A DNA stretch of 25,757 nt from an uncultured archaeon. GTDB taxonomy: Archaea; Thermoplasmatota; Penumbrarchaeia; JASLWR01. The position numbers and the translations under genes are program-made. Below the pieces are notes generated by a model. That model was not told the DNA's origin and made no database searches. It saw nothing but the letters and a program-made list of their open reading frames with translations. This document shows positions 25,293 through 25,757 of the stretch, piece by piece; the stretch's first letter is position 1, and every line of letters starts with the position of its first letter. The stretch lies in contig CAYFHS010000046.1 in assembly GCA_964342815.1 (NCBI GenBank), forward strand, positions 1-25,757. Direction: 5' to 3'.

Positions 25293-25596
25293 CTTTCATG
25301 TCACCGTGATTAAATGTTGTTCAACTTTACCTAAAAAAGTTCTTTTGTTAGCCTGATAAATTGGACCTTATCTGTGATACTTTGTCGAATATAGGAACTT
25401 AAGCAATGTTTATTTGGCTGCAGTTGATGCTTTCATCAATATATAAGAATTATTCTAATAATGTCACTCAATTGTATGGAATTTTTTAATATTTGCGAAC
25501 ATTGTCTATTAATATTGAAAAATAGACGAATATTTTATTAATATGTATGGCGTTTTCCGGTTAAGCGATTGGTAAAACTAATGTGGAAGGGGTTCT

Positions 25597-25757
25597 ATGG
25601 ATAAACTAGATGCAAAAATAATAGGAGCTTTGAACGAGAACGCGAGGAAGAGCTTCAGAAAAGTCTCAAGGGATCTCGGAGTATCACTCAGCACTGTTGC
25701 CAATAGGGTTAAGAGACTTGAGGAAAACGGTGTTATAACTAGTTACATACCATTGAT
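25597..25757 (+). CDS. Lrp/AsnC family regulator, N-terminal HTH (truncated by the window edge; not in the ORF track)
   Basis: Manual translation gives MDKLDAKIIGALNENARKSFRKVSRDLGVSLSTVANRVKRLEENGVITSYIPL. It is divergent from the gltB-etf operon. Confidence 0.88.
   Translation, partial: MDKLDAKIIGALNENARKSFRKVSRDLGVSLSTVANRVKRLEENGVITSYIPL

Noticed and set aside
25397-25414. Possible third ACTTAA-N6-TTAAGT site (ACTTAA-gcaatg-TTTATT)
   Set aside because: The right half matches only 4 of 6 in AT-rich DNA, so it is not distinguishable from chance.
1-25757. CRISPR arrays, tRNA/rRNA genes, transposases or integrases
   Set aside because: No regularly spaced direct repeats, cloverleaf or rRNA-like segments, or mobile-element proteins were seen, and nearly all non-coding gaps are short promoter-like regions.

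Overview
Archaeal genomic window, judged from TATA/BRE promoters, GGTGA/GAGGT Shine-Dalgarno sites, a DUF835 protein, an archaeal-type MoaA C-terminus and WtpA. A Thermoplasmatota-like anaerobe is plausible but is an inference. No rRNA, tRNA, CRISPR array or transposase was seen. The left and central part (about 450-12550) is a tungsten/molybdenum cofactor island: mobA, a DUF1786 ASKHA-fold gene, a sensor-less ModE-type regulator, tatA, a 3xPAS-DUF835-wHTH sensor, a MOSC protein and a wtpABC-moaA-moaC-xdhC-moaB-moeA run. Two ModE-box-like palindromes (251-274, 5690-5713) and a second, unassigned operator (ACTTAA-N6-TTAAGT, twice) are readable in the DNA. Next come a LipS1-type radical SAM gene and four GC-rich hairpins. 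The minus-strand block, read from the right end, is: a tandem-FMN-domain glutamate synthase subunit, a GATase+GXGXG subunit, etfB, a ferredoxin-fused etfA, an Lrp with a five-Cys tail, a membrane-anchored octaheme HAO-family cytochrome c, an HdrD-like Fe-S/CCG protein and an OsmC protein. The strongest novelty candidate is the tightly packed gltB-gltB-etfB-etfA operon, which has no GltD and no acyl-CoA dehydrogenase or FixCX in the window and may be an ETF-coupled, possibly electron-bifurcating, glutamate synthase. Several starts were trimmed from the ORF track using SD sites and domain boundaries. All family assignments come from motif recognition, not database searches.
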